A DNA stretch of 63,520 bases, the filler included, from Collodictyon triciliatum (Eukaryota): assembly GCA_043381765.1 (NCBI GenBank). It is 4 parts of 4 records of this genome, joined end to end, with 100 filler letters (N's around TTAATTAATTAA, not from the genome) between each part and the next. Parts side by side here need not be neighbours in the genome. Positions count along the whole stretch, not along the records: positions 1 to 22,248 come from JBHJMP010001156.1; 3 more parts are not named here. The stretch is one strand, 5' to 3'. Below, one piece after another: positions 1 through 18,800 of the stretch. The notes under the pieces were generated by a model that saw only the letters and a program-made list of their open reading frames with translations, did no database searches and was not told the origin of the DNA. Each line of letters starts with the position of its first letter. Within the stretch, counting starts at the first letter, position 1. The position numbers and the translations under genes were made by a program.

Positions 1-110
1 CTTTTTGTCTTTTTGTCTTTTTGCCTTTTTGTCTTTTTGTCTTTTTGTCTTTTTGTCTTTTTGTCTTTTTGTCTTTTTGTCTTTTTGTCTTTTTGTCTTT
101 TTGTCTTTTG
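1..110. repeat. (TTTTTGTC)n microsatellite
   Basis: Tandem 8-mer seen directly. It explains the FLSFCLFV ORFs. Confidence 0.95.
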
Positions 111-161
111 CCTCCATTTCTTCTTGCATTAAACCAAATGAAATGCTGTGCAAATTATCAG

Positions 162-5894
<5,733 letters not shown>

Positions 5895-6412
5895 ACCCAA
5901 TCGGAGGCTCAAAGGGGATGGACAGAAACAATCGACCAAGTTTCCTTTGTTTTTACGCACTGACACATAATCCCTTATCTCTGTCTTTCGCGCCGCCCCT
6001 CCATAAACATCACAAAGATTGAATGTCACACCAAAATCACAGCTTATTCATATATTTGCCCAAGTCTTTGTTGACATATCAAATCGATGTTAATTTTATT
6101 ATTGTTATTTTTTTACGTGCAAATAGTCCCTTTTACAACCTTCTTTATTATTTTTAATCTGTTTTGAAGGCGGGATTGCTTTAGAGAAATAAATGCAAGT
6201 GTGATATTGTGGAGTCCGCAGCTATAGCAATTTGTTATATTCGAGCATCATGAGTCGCCCATCAACCTAAAGAAGGGCGAGATGCCAATATTGCACACTT
6301 TATAATGTGCAGAAATAATCAACGTCAATTACAAATCCGATATTATCCAAGTGGTGGATTTGCTGCGGCCAAAAAGACAAAATTCAGCCCGCGCCACTGG
6401 GTCCTTGTGACC

Positions 6413-9400
6413 TTAAAGTCCTGGGGGCATTTCCTTTGGTATGAAAAGCGTGGGTTGCCATGTGCAGCCGATATTAGATGATAATACTGTACACTTGTCA
6501 CATAATGTATTTTGTGTGTTTCTTATCATCGAGACGAAATAAATATTCGTGGAAATGGTAAATATATAGTGTGTCGGCGTTAAAAAAAACAACTTTAAAT
6601 CTTACATAAAGTCCTGACTCGTTTGATGAGTGAACAACAGGCAGTCCAGCTCCAGGAAAGGCTTCAAAAGAATGCGGTATTTGAATAGAACTTGCTGAAT
6701 AATCTTGATTTGAATGAAGCATCTGCTGGAGTTGTAGAATCTGTTGATATTGGTATCGAAGCATGTGGGCCTGTCTGTATAAATTTGCTTGATGGTGATG
6801 TTGGTACTGAAGATATTGGGCACTCTGAGCATTATGTATGTTATACATATTATGTGTATATTGTGTTGGATGCAATCGGTGTGTTGGCTGTGGCATCTTG
6901 TTTGAAATTTTAATATCTAGCCCGGGAAAAATATCAGTTAATCCCTTTCGAACACCCTCTAGGGCAGAGCCATTATTTAGGTTGACTTCCGGCTCTGATT
7001 CCACATCTTTCTGCATGGGTGACTCAGGAACGGACTGGTGATGCACATGCTCAACTGTTGATTGGGGTTGGACATATTGTATACCCGTTGGACCAATGGA
7101 AGAGGAATAGTGGTGGTTTGCATCTGACTGTGGCAAGATGCCATGTGACGGAAACGAGGGATACGAAAGTTCAACATCATAAATTGATGGGTCTGGGTTT
7201 CGTTCTTGAGAATAATTGTATTGCCTCGATGGATTTACTGAATAAGATGATACATCTGTCTTCGTTACATCATGAGTCGGAGCACTGATGAAAGGGGTGA
7301 TATAATAGACAGGGTTACCTCTGGTAGGAATAATTCCTGACAGCTGAGTGGACTGTACTCCGTTGTGCAGACTATCAGAACAATCGTAGTGTGTGTTGGG
7401 GTGAGTGCGCGCTGCTGAATACCGCTCCATTTGTTCTTCAGAAAGACATGAACTAAGGTTCCTCAACTCAATTTCTGAATTAGGTCTCTCTGCAATATCT
7501 GCGTGTACTATTTTCTCCACGAGCTCTTCATTTGTGTGTAAATATGCTATGTCCTTGTCCTTCCTCGAGACATCTTGTTCGTAGGAATCTATATGGTTAA
7601 GAGGCGATATTTCGCTTGTGTGGATAAAATGGCCTCCACAATTTGAGGGGTGATTGCCATCAACTCCGCTGTTAGATAAACCCGATTCCTGCCCTTCGTC
7701 TTCACGAATAATATCTGTATTCGATTTGTTGATTGAATGCACGGCATGTACAACTTGCACCGCTTCATTCGCATCATTAGTAGAGGGCGTGGTAGAGGTC
7801 CCTTGTACAGCTAAATTTGGCGATAAAGCGTTTGAAAGGTAAAAAAAAAAAAAGGTAATTCAATTTTCACAGATTAAACAGGACTCATATATTTCATATA
7901 ACTTTCTACAAAAACGATATACTATCTGGTGGTTGGAATTGAAGGCACAAATATGGCTATGTGAGAGTATGAGTATGCGCATAATCATTTCAACCTACTC
8001 TAATAATCATAGCTTGCGGGTTTTGAAAAATATCTTCGGTTCTTTGATTCAGTTATTTTTTGGTTTTTCTTTTTCAAAAGTTTTCAAGGGAATGGCTACC
8101 TTCTAACTCCTCAGATTCCTTTACTGGAATGCATGACTCGGTAGGTGGCAGCAGTTTTCCTTGCTCAAATATGGTTTTACTTTTTTCAGTTTCGTGCAAC
8201 AGTTTGGGTTTCGTCGGGTTTTTATCGTGTTCCCTCTTAATTGGCTCTTCAGCACAAAGTTCTATCTCTGAATAGGGTTCTCTAAACAAATTTGCCGATA
8301 GTAATCGTTTGTTCATTAGAATACCACATTTTTAAAATATGGTAAATGCTTATGTATTCATATATGTAGACAATATATTATCTTCAATACGATAAGCAAC
8401 CTCATCTCGAATTGTGCATCATCATTGGCTGGTTGACCATTGTCATTTTCGTTTTCATTTCGTCTCTGTGAGGGATATTCTTTCGTTTTTATACATATTT
8501 GAGAAGCGTCCAATTGAGATCGAGCAGGTCTCTGAGTTAATGGACGGGGCCCTTGTTTGACCTAAATAGTTGTTTTTTTAAAAAATATAATAATAATTTT
8601 GTAAATAATAGAAGGGAATCATACCATTCATGGATTTGTTTGTAAATACTAGAGGGAGTTTAAAGTATAAGATATCTTGCCAATATATAATATAGAAGGG
8701 AAACCGAGTTTTTTTTATGTTATTGGTGTATTCAAAGGAATTTTTATTCACCCCTGAAATATTACTGTGCATGGGTTTTGATGATGCCTTTTTGTTTGCC
8801 GATGCATTTTGATTTTCCATAACTGATACACTATTTGCGTCCACTGCAGCATGAGCATGAGTTATTTCATAAAAGAGGAAAACTGGAGGATATTGTGATA
8901 ATAGATTCAAGGCAACTGGTATATTATTCAAATACCACTGCTTTTATTCTTTGCAACGAATCATGGTATGAAAAATGAAAATGGACGTATTCTAATTGGA
9001 AGAAAAGCAATAATCGGCTGTAAAATTTGGCATCAGAATGATTTTTCAAATGGGTGAGACTGTCATATAAAGAACTATTTACGGTCAATTATCATAGTTC
9101 GGCCGGGCTTTGGGAGGATTCTATGAAATTAAATGGAGGAGCAATCATCAAATGAAATAGGGCGTATGAAAGAAGGAATTAATTCAGGGAAATCACATGG
9201 ACACTTCACTCAATAGTTTGGCATACTTTGTTCTTGCGTATAGTAATGCATTAGAGGACCCTCTATGGTGTGTTTTTTTCTTTAGAGCGAAGCGTTTGAT
9301 GACATCATGCAATAACCAAATAAGACTAAATATTTATCGACTTTCAATTTTGTACTTTCGGGGGGAAAAAATTTTACACTTTGGAGTGAATGGTTGATAA

Positions 9401-10997
9401 CTCTGCTTCAAGGAAACTGTCCTCGGGGGTACCAACTTCATGAACATAGAAGCAGCTGGGATTCATACATGGCTGATGCCTTATAAACAAGCTACAATAC
9501 TTTGAAGTTCCAAATGAAGCACTATTGATTACGTTGATGAAATCCAAATAAGAAAATAGAGAGGAAAGACAGAACGCTGTTCATGGATAAGACCTCAAGT
9601 TACATTTGTAATTGATATTGGTGGCTGGTCAATTGATAGCAGGCACATTAAGAACGATTTGATGAATATATAAATACACTGACTGCAACGGCTTTCCAGA
9701 TATGTATAATCCATCGAAGAATATAATAGCATCTGACGCATCTTCTACATTGGAATAGATGATGTAACAACACGCCACACTCTCTTGATTCTGGGCTCGG
9801 TGTGGTTGTTGTTTGTTGATAAAGATATTGGATATATGTCCGAATCTTCCAAACAAGTCGGACCGTTTCAAAATCTGTGGGGGAAATACGATATAGTGCC
9901 ATGTAGAAGAAAATACAATGAAGAATGAAAAAATCAACGCATTATAGCTTCTGTTTACCATGAGTTTTATTTTCCTGTAGAATTATACATGGAAATTGAA
10001 TGTTCGAAATCACACAGAGGTTTTTGAATCTATGAGAGTGGAGAGATATTGCCAGTTGAGGAGGCAATATAGCCGTATGAATGACTGAATGGTGTACCTC
10101 TTCCTTTGCGTAGACTAACGGAACTCCTGTAACGTACATTATATTTCTTTGGATGACACGAACCCCAACCAACTGTTTCCGGTCGACGGATTTTCCCTTC
10201 AATGCTTTTTCTTTCTTTTGCCGGCTTTTGATTAATTTTTCCCTATATAGATATGGACAATCAGTTAAATGAACACAATTTGATGAGCAAGACAGAAGGA
10301 GAAGAAAAACACCTGAGAGGAAGAGAAAAAAAATTATGATTTCTTTTCTTACATAACTTTATATATGTGGTTTCCAAAGCAATTCAGCTGAAACAGTTAT
10401 GGTTTAATTGCGAGTTACGTTCTACTTTTTTTGACAAGAAAATATGTGTGCACTGATACAAATAATTTCGATTGCATCGTTTGCAGTTTACGGAGTTTCC
10501 ATCGGGTATAAAATACAGGAAATACATACAAATTCGGGTCTGCGTCTTTGGAGACCCTTTCTTTGCTAAAAGGCCTTCTGCACGCAGGGCAGCAACCATT
10601 CAGCTCATTCTTTATCTGATGCCAACACCACAGACAGATCTACTCGAATCAAGAGATAATATCATGAGAACAAAGCAAAGTGTTTGTGCGTTTGTTTTAT
10701 TATTACTTTCTCCTTTTTTTTTCTTTTTCTTTTTGTTGTGGGGGGCATAATTTGCAACATTTTGTATTCAATATCCGTTCTTAAAAAAAGAATAAGAAAG
10801 CATGATTTCTGCATATTTCGATGCGAAACAGGGTCGCCATGACTTGTGGGGCTCAAAACCTTGTAATCGCAAGGACACGACTGGAAGCGTAAGTCCTGGA
10901 CAGTGAAATCTTCGGCACATATGGGACAGGCCAGATCGTCCTCCGAGACGCCGGACAATGTCAAAGAACTCGGTTTACTTGCAGACAAGCGCGACAT
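6413..10997 (-). CDS. CNOT4: CCR4-NOT subunit 4 (C4C4 RING - RRM - C3H1), multi-exon; 3' end approximate
   Basis: RING: CPICAEDF..DLRFQSCPCDYK|ICLWCWHQIKNELNGCCPACRRPF. RRM: GVRVIQRNIMYVTG, LFGRFGHI. Zn finger: ASFGTSKYC..CMNPSCFYVHE. A long low-complexity tail follows (ORF 6498-7760). Confidence 0.9.
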
Positions 10998-11727
10998 GAA
11001 GCTGCTGCGATCGAATCGCACTTAGAACAGAGTTAGCTCGCAAAGGATCAGACAGGAAACGCCTGATTGTGAGTTGCTGCCAGACAAAGCGCATCCCTCA
11101 AAGAATACACGAGAAGGAGCGAGACTAAGAAAAAGAGAGCAGGAGAAGCTGATTTCGATAAGACGGAGGAATATAGAGAAGCATCAAGACTTGTCTCTGT
11201 GTGATCACCGCGCAGCGACCGTCTTCAGCAATTACAGGACGCGCTGGATTTTTGATTGGTTGATCGATTGTTGATGCGACTCTCTGATCTTGTCGTCGAT
11301 GCACATATCTGGAATAGCCGATAGCAGCATGATTACATCGTTGCGCTCCAAACGCTTCCGTTACGAATCGGTTGCGATGTGTGCTCCTTTAATCCGGATT
11401 TTATTGACCCCTTTCTGGCCGGAATGAAACACCATTCAATCACAATCAAACAAACATCGGTTCTTCTGTTTTTTTGGAGGGTTGTTGACTGCGAAGCCGC
11501 GTCACAGCAGTGTGTGATGTTCGCACAGAAGACTGATCATCACGAAGAAACAAATGACAGCAGGCTTCATAACCTGTTTGATTCAGTCGCCGACTAGTTG
11601 GAGTGACTCCGTCTGTACTTTTGCGCCGACTTTACTAATGTTTCATTTGTTGGCGGTGTTATCAAAGGAGGTAAAAAGAAAGAGAAACAAACAAACAAAC
11701 AAAAAAAAAAAAAAAAGAAAAANAAAG

Positions 11728-11779
<52 letters not shown>

Positions 11780-11808
11780 CAAAGAGGCACATACTATCAG
11801 CAAGCGCA

Positions 11809-12779
11809 ATGGCAGAGGAATTCCAAGCAGTCGAAAAAGTATACCTTAACACTTACCAGATGACCCCCAAGGAAGGAACCAAGTAAGTCTTGGTTTCATC
11901 ACTCACGAACAAAAAATAAATAAAATCAGAAGGAAAAAAAAAAAAAAGAAGAAAAGATACACAGTTCGTGCTTCAACAAAGCATCACAACAAAACTCCAT
12001 CTTGAATATGCAGATTCCAGCAAGCTCGAGTCGGTGCGATGATTCGTGATCTTCTCGAGAAAAGGCTTAAGGCAGAAAAAAGGTTTGTCTTGCACGCGAT
12101 AAGGGGATGTATTCCTGACAAAATCGCATTGTGCTTATGTGCATCTACGAATATACTCATTGAATACTACCACCTTCGACCGCAACTTATAATAGGTACG
12201 ATCCTGCTCGACATGCAAACATGACGAAAGAGATCGCCAACGAGATCCAAGCCCGAGTGAAAGGTTTTTTTTATCGCACATAGTTGTGGGAAACCCAATA
12301 CAAGATCATTTTAGTTTCGGCACATCTTAGACACATAATCAATAACGTAGATAAGTCACCCTTTCGGTCAAATTATGACCATCGTGTTTTTTTTTTATTC
12401 GTGTATAGAAATGGGATTCCAGAGATACAAGATCGTGACATATGTGTTCATTGGTGAAAACCGTGGCCAGGGAATTCGATTTGGCTCTCGCTGCCTGTGG
12501 GACACCAACCTTGATAACTGCGCGTCGGAGTCCTATCAAAATGCAAGTGTTTTTATGGCTCATTTTTGATAGGAAGTATACCAGACTGAACACCATCCTA
12601 TTTTTAACTTTTCGGAAAACAATGCATCAGTCCGTTTTCTATGGGATGCGGTAGCTAGTTTGCAGTTACCAAGATAGACGTAAAAAGACACCCTTTTGGC
12701 TCTCTACAAACTTACCTTTATCTACCAATAGCAAGCAATATTCTGCTCCGCCACAGCTTTCGGCCTCTACTACGAATAA
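11809..12779 (+). CDS. TCTEX1D2: Tctex1-domain dynein light chain (TCTEX1D2/DYNLT2B-like), 5 exons
   Basis: Translated pieces: YLNTYQMTP..., MTKEIANEIQARVK, RYKIVTYVFIGENRGQGIRFGSRCLWDTNLDN. The last exon (12732-12779) reads QAIFCSATAFGLYYE*. Confidence 0.85.
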
Positions 12780-12914
12780 AGAGTCACATATGTCCCAAAT
12801 TAATACGTGTTCGCACTCCTCTCTTGGACTTTGCAGGTTATCTTTTTTTTCTTTTTTTCTTCTGTTTGGGCTTGGCGCGTGGTTTTTTTCATTAGAGTGC
12901 ATCCAGGCTTGCTC

Positions 12915-13597
12915 GGTGCAAAATGAGGGAATCTCCACCCTTTGACGCTGCTGTACTTTTGAGGGGAATATGGAGCAAACAGCAGTATATATGCCCTTAG
13001 TTAAGTAGAAAGTTCTGAAGAGAACCATCACCCTTGCTCCTTTCCGGTTTTTGATGGCGCGCTTCTCCAAGGGTCACCCAGTGCCCACTGAAATCCCTTG
13101 CCATTAACAAAAGTGGAGGAGTAGGCTTTGGTCGTTATCGGAGAGTCGTGCTCTGCGTTGATAACAGGGGCGTTGCATTACGCAGGTTGGTATGAGGGAG
13201 GTGTCATCACCAAAGTAACTTTGTCTCATTACCGTCGGCGCGGTTAATGCCTGCCTGTGTAAGGGATTAAAGCACCAGATAATTGCATCCAAGTATCCGG
13301 TATTTGTGACAGATGGAAGGCCGATGATGTTTGTTCATATTACTTCCAGAAAAGGACACAACCGTCCGGGTGACTGCCCTCATCCAGGCGGTTATTTGCC
13401 TTTCTGGGGTTTGCGGCCGATCCTGTCAGCCGGCTCGCGATCAGGGCGTGTTGAAGCCGCCCAAGCAATTCGGCAGCCAAAACACCACATGGTTGAAGGG
13501 AGAGGAAAATCTGACAGGTTGTCACCGATCATGATCGCTTCCGCTAGGCGTTCGCAAAGCCTACAGCATCGCAGACAACCACACAGACCTCTTTTTT
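12915..13597 (+). ncRNA. Candidate structured non-coding RNA of unknown class
   Basis: GC-richer than its flanks, with no convincing ORF. It has many nested complementary segments with G-U pairs on the + strand and ends in a T-run at about 13592. Confidence 0.5.
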
Positions 13598-14135
13598 CTT
13601 CATTTCTTTTTTTTCTTTTAGCACGTGTTGTTTGAGGCTGACGCGCCACAAAAAATTAATTCTATGAAACGCTCTCTTCTTAAACGGTGCCAGAGGATCT
13701 TGCTGTGTTGTAGCTTGCCCTTCAGCTCATGGTCAAGCCGCCAAAATAGCGCGTCATACCATCTGGCTTGAAGTCTTTTTGATCCTCGAAATCTTGAGGC
13801 ACTGAGTCTCAACACTCTTTTTTCTCTTTTTTTTCTCTTTTTTCTCTCCTTTTCTCTTTTTTCTCTCTTTTTTCTCTCTTTTTTCTCTCTTTTTTCTCTT
13901 ATTTCACTTATTTTGGACATTCTTTCTTATTTTGCCTCTGCCTTTACTTCTATTGTAAGAATACTACCAATAAGGATAGAAAAAAAGAATGTTTTTTGAT
14001 CCGCCTCTTTTATGATTGTAGGATCAAATATAACCCATCAATGACGATTTAGTATCCTATGAGCCATTCGCATGAAACAGATATCGACTTCGAATAGGCA
14101 CAATGGTAATTCTATTTTATCCTTCCAAACATACT

Positions 14136-14137
<2 letters not shown>

Positions 14138-14200
<63 letters not shown>
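14138..14200. repeat. (GTT)n microsatellite
   Basis: Seen directly. Confidence 0.95.
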
Positions 14201-14201
<1 letters not shown>

Positions 14202-15874
14202 TAAGAATCAAGTCCAAAAAGGCCCAAACGAGTTAATTTTCGCATTTTCAATTGTGTGAAGGGATAAGGTAGAAGTTGATAGGAAAAGTTTTGATAAATA
14301 GGTCATTCATCGTGATTTTTTTTTAAAAAAAATATCAAATATGTATTATTTTCATCTATTTACAAGCCTTGTTAATATTTGAAACTTCAATATGCATCTT
14401 TTCTAGTGTCACACCAGAGGGAAATAAAAGATTATTTGATGTTTTTTTTTTGAAATTACATAGCTTTTGAGCAAGTTAAGTCGACCAGATCTCACAAAAC
14501 AATTTAACTGCCGGTAAAATTCTTTCTAATTTCATCTACTATGTTAGGCCTAATTGTCTTTTTTTTTAAAAAAAAAAATTACAATTGAGTTATGATATCT
14601 TCGTTGTGTATATTTTTGCAGTAATCATGTCTTGCCTATAATCATTCTTATACGCACATTAATCGATATCATAGATATTACTGTGAATACAACAATTGAT
14701 TTTATATCCTTTTTAAATAAAAAAAATACAGAAATACTGAGAATATCTTGCAATTTCATTGATAGAAACACTTTTCCTACCTCTAGAGATAAAATTTACA
14801 GAATTTCAGATGGCTATATTTTGCTCTCCCTTGTATCAGAGTTAAAACTATTTCTTCGAAAGTATTTTCCATGTAAAATCACTTGCACTCCTTTAAAATA
14901 TAATATAATGAGTTATGGTATATAACTATCACAATAGTTACAATCGTTACAACCGCTGTTAGTCTGCTTGTTAGAATTCAACCATATGATATGTTCATTT
15001 AAAACATAAGGAGACACATATTTTTACAATTAAGATGTTATAATGGTTAGTCAAAAACGTGTTTTAAAATATTATAGGCATAAATTTTTTTATTCAATAT
15101 ACGGACCTAAATATAGACTTAATGAATATGTCTTTGAGTAAGAGAGAACTTAATATTAAGGTATTTTTTACAAAATTTCTAGGAATGATTTTTTATCGAT
15201 AGAACTCCCACTGTAACTTTATGATTACGCTTGAAGTTGAAAAAAACTGATATTTTTATAATTCGTTTATGATACATGTCATCTATTATTCTAGTTACTC
15301 GAATTATTTGACCCTAGTAAAAAAAAACTTTTAATGAATACAAATTTATTTTTATTCTTTCTTTTATATGTTCTTTAAAATATATTTTAAGAATACTGTA
15401 CGATTTCATTGAAATAATAATTCCCTGAGCTGAAAATTGATTTCAAGGTATATGTACACAATAATCTCATAGTCTAAAAACATCGGGAAAACAAAATAAA
15501 AATTACGGAAAAATTACTGCACCATCTTCTCCATTGAGTAGTTAATCTTTTCTTAAAAACTTCTTTGTTTTATCTTGTTTCATTTTTCACAAACTGAATC
15601 AACAGAAGTAACTATGGCCAATTATGCTATTTAAGATAGTATTATCATGGAAAAGGCTAAATCGAATGATTACCGTATTGTACAAAAATTTATGATATTT
15701 TACATTCATGGTCGATCAAACATTCAACGCAACTAGGGGTTCTATTAATACCAAGTGAATTAGTAAAGAGAAATTATATATAATTTCATATTCCGTCTGA
15801 ATTTACGGATATTTTAAATATATTGAATCATTTCAAATACTAAATTATTTTTGATATTTTTTATAGCCACAAAT

Positions 15875-18800
15875 ATGGGGTGTCCTTGGAGTCGCCCTGG
15901 AGGAGGAAGTGTTGTAGACCAAGAATTAGCAAAACTACCCCAAGAATCTGCCTGTGTTGAAAAAATAGACGAATTTGCAATCCCAGGCTCAGTATACTCT
16001 GATGGCAAAGACAGATGGGCTGTTGTGTATGATGCTAGAGTCTTGAGAATCTTCATGTCTTCCACATTCCGAGACATGCAAAAAGAGAGAGACGAGTTCT
16101 TTGCAAACGCCGAAAAAAAGTGATTTTTTTTCCATTTTATGATTGAAATTCTAATAATGCATAGGTTTAGATTTATTTAAGTATGTGCATTACAGGCTGA
16201 AAGACTTTGCAAAGAAGAAGGGTGTCATCCTTGTTTTCATCGACTTGCGCTGGGGGCTGACCAGTGAAATATCTGAAAACGGGCTGGTGTGAATAATTTG
16301 AGACCACCTCTGATATTTTTATTCACTTTTTATCGATTTTAAATTATTACGATTATATAGGTCGTTATAAGCTGCCTTGAGTCCATCGAAGAATGCCCTT
16401 ACTTTCTATGCACGCTTGGCTCGCGCTATGGCTGGTCACCAAATCATGAAAATCCATCTGAATGGCATCCAGATACTGATTTGAAGTTTCCATACCTCAA
16501 GGAAATTAGGGGACTTAGTGTGACTGATTACGAGGTGGATTTATTTCTTTAATTTGGTCGGATAAGAATTGTTTTAAAAACTTTTTAATATTTTAATTTC
16601 ACCTTTGTATTTAATAGATTGTTCATGGCGCCCTGAAAGAAAATCCTGTCGCCCGGTGTGCGCTCTTTTATTCCCGAGATGAAGAACACGCCGTCAACCA
16701 TGTTGCTGAAACCGATACTGAACGTGCATTATATCGCCCAGTCAATGAGAAGGATGTAAGCATAGTGAATATTAAACTATTATACCCGACAATTTTTAAA
16801 TATATTAAAAACGTTGATTTCAGAGAGAAAACCAGGAGAGGTTGAAAGAGAAAATTGGAAATGTGTTTGAAATCAAGCCATACAAGACACCTCAGCAGCT
16901 CGTCTCGATGATGGTTGACGATTTGATGGAGGCAATCGACAGGGATTTTCCAGACCAAGAGGTTTGAGTTCAATGCATAAATTTAAAGAATGACTGATTT
17001 TTGTTGAGAGTAAATATCATGATGAATTTTACTTCATTAAATTATAAATTCAGCATTCATTTCGTATATTCGATTCAAAGTAATTGAATTTTCAGCATAA
17101 AAATCCTGAGGACATGGCGCATGAGCAGTTTATGCGACATCGATTGATTGGATTAGAAGGAAGAGATGACATCTTGGCCATTTTGAAGGATAGGGCGATG
17201 CTGCAGCTTGATGTTGACAGTTCTGACATTACTGTTGTTGGCTCAGAGTCTGGTATTGGAAAATCGGCGATTATGAGCGGATTGGTTCGTGACCTGTGCG
17301 CGGGCAAAAAGTCGAATCTAGTAGTCATCTACCACTTTGTCGGTTGCTCAAACCTGAGCAATTATGTGGAAAAGTAATAAAAAAAAATTAATCTTAACTA
17401 TTCACTAAATAATTTTTAAAATATTTAACATCTTTTTGTATAGTTTGGTGGAGCGCGTTGCTCGCATTCTTGCTGAAAATGAGGCAATCGAGTTGAAACT
17501 TGACTCCGAGGAAGGTTCATGAATTTTTCCATAATTATATGATATTTTGTAAAAATGTCCTTTATTAATTTCTTTATATGATGTAGGCAAGGAGGCTTTG
17601 AAGAAGGGACTAGACTATACACTCAAGCTTGCATCAAAAAACGAGTCGGTTTCAATGATTTCTATTATTTTTCATTGAGATACTATTTTACAGGTTAATT
17701 ATTCCAGGAAAAAGAAAGTTGTCTTGGTTATCGATGCCCTCAACCAGTTGGTCGATTCGGAACAAAACAAGCATGTCCACCGCCTTGAGTGGCTTCCCAA
17801 AAAGACACCAAAGAATATATCTATTGTTGCTTCAACCATCGACACCCATGAATCATGCAACGTATGTTTTCTTCATTATAATGAGAATTTGATATATAAT
17901 CAATCTTATTAGTTCTTAATAGATTGTCAAGCTAGGAGGACTGGATGTTATTTCTGTGTCGAAGCTTGACGATGTTGGAATAAGACAAGCAACAGTCTCG
18001 TTCTTCAAGCGTTACAACAAAACCCTGAGCGAGAAACAGATGGAAATGATACTGAGTGACCGTGACGATACTGGTGAGTATACGAAACTGTTTGGTTTTA
18101 TCATTCATTCTTAATTATAGATATTTTATTATGAACTCCATAACAGGTCATCCGCTTTACCTGCGTATTGTGCTGGATGAGCTTCGTGTGTTTGGAGTGT
18201 ATGAAAGAGTAGACACTGAGCTTCATGAAATGCTGGAGACGAATGGAGTTTTAAATTTGTTTGACCTTGTGATGAGTCGCTGGGAAAAGAAATATGGTTT
18301 GTGTGACTTATCTGAAATATTGTGTTAAATATGATTATTTTACTAGTAAACTTTAATTTTAGGAAAAGATCTTGTTTGTCTGTCCATCAGTGTCCTTTAT
18401 GTGTCGCGCATCGGTCTTGATGAAAATGAGCTGGATAATTACATGGAACATCGACTTAACCAAACTCATATGCAAATTAACCATGCAACCTGGTACATCA
18501 ATTCCTGTCAGACAATTCAAATGCTCAATCCATTTTCATAAATTGATTGTTTTCGTAGGAAATCATTTCTTTTTGTCTTGCTGGATTCCCTGTTTGTGAG
18601 AAATGGAAGGTATTTCGGGCATTCAAGATTTTTCTATTTTCATTACAATTTAATTTGCCATTTCTTTAGATACGCGTTCTCTCATCAACTGTTGACACAA
18701 TCCATCAAAGAGCGATACTTTAATGATGAAGCGTACACAGCAAATGAGGCACGTGAATACGGATTGTGGCTGCTGGGTAGATATGGCTCTGACACCGAAG

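Noticed and set aside
13068-13268. TPP riboswitch-like fragments (CTGAAAT, GGTTAATGCC)
   Set aside because: The UGAGA and CCUGAU core is missing and the spacing is wrong.
14230-15850. Long AT-rich stretch with short ORFs
   Set aside because: No coding, repeat or structural signal was found. It is treated as intergenic or 5' region.
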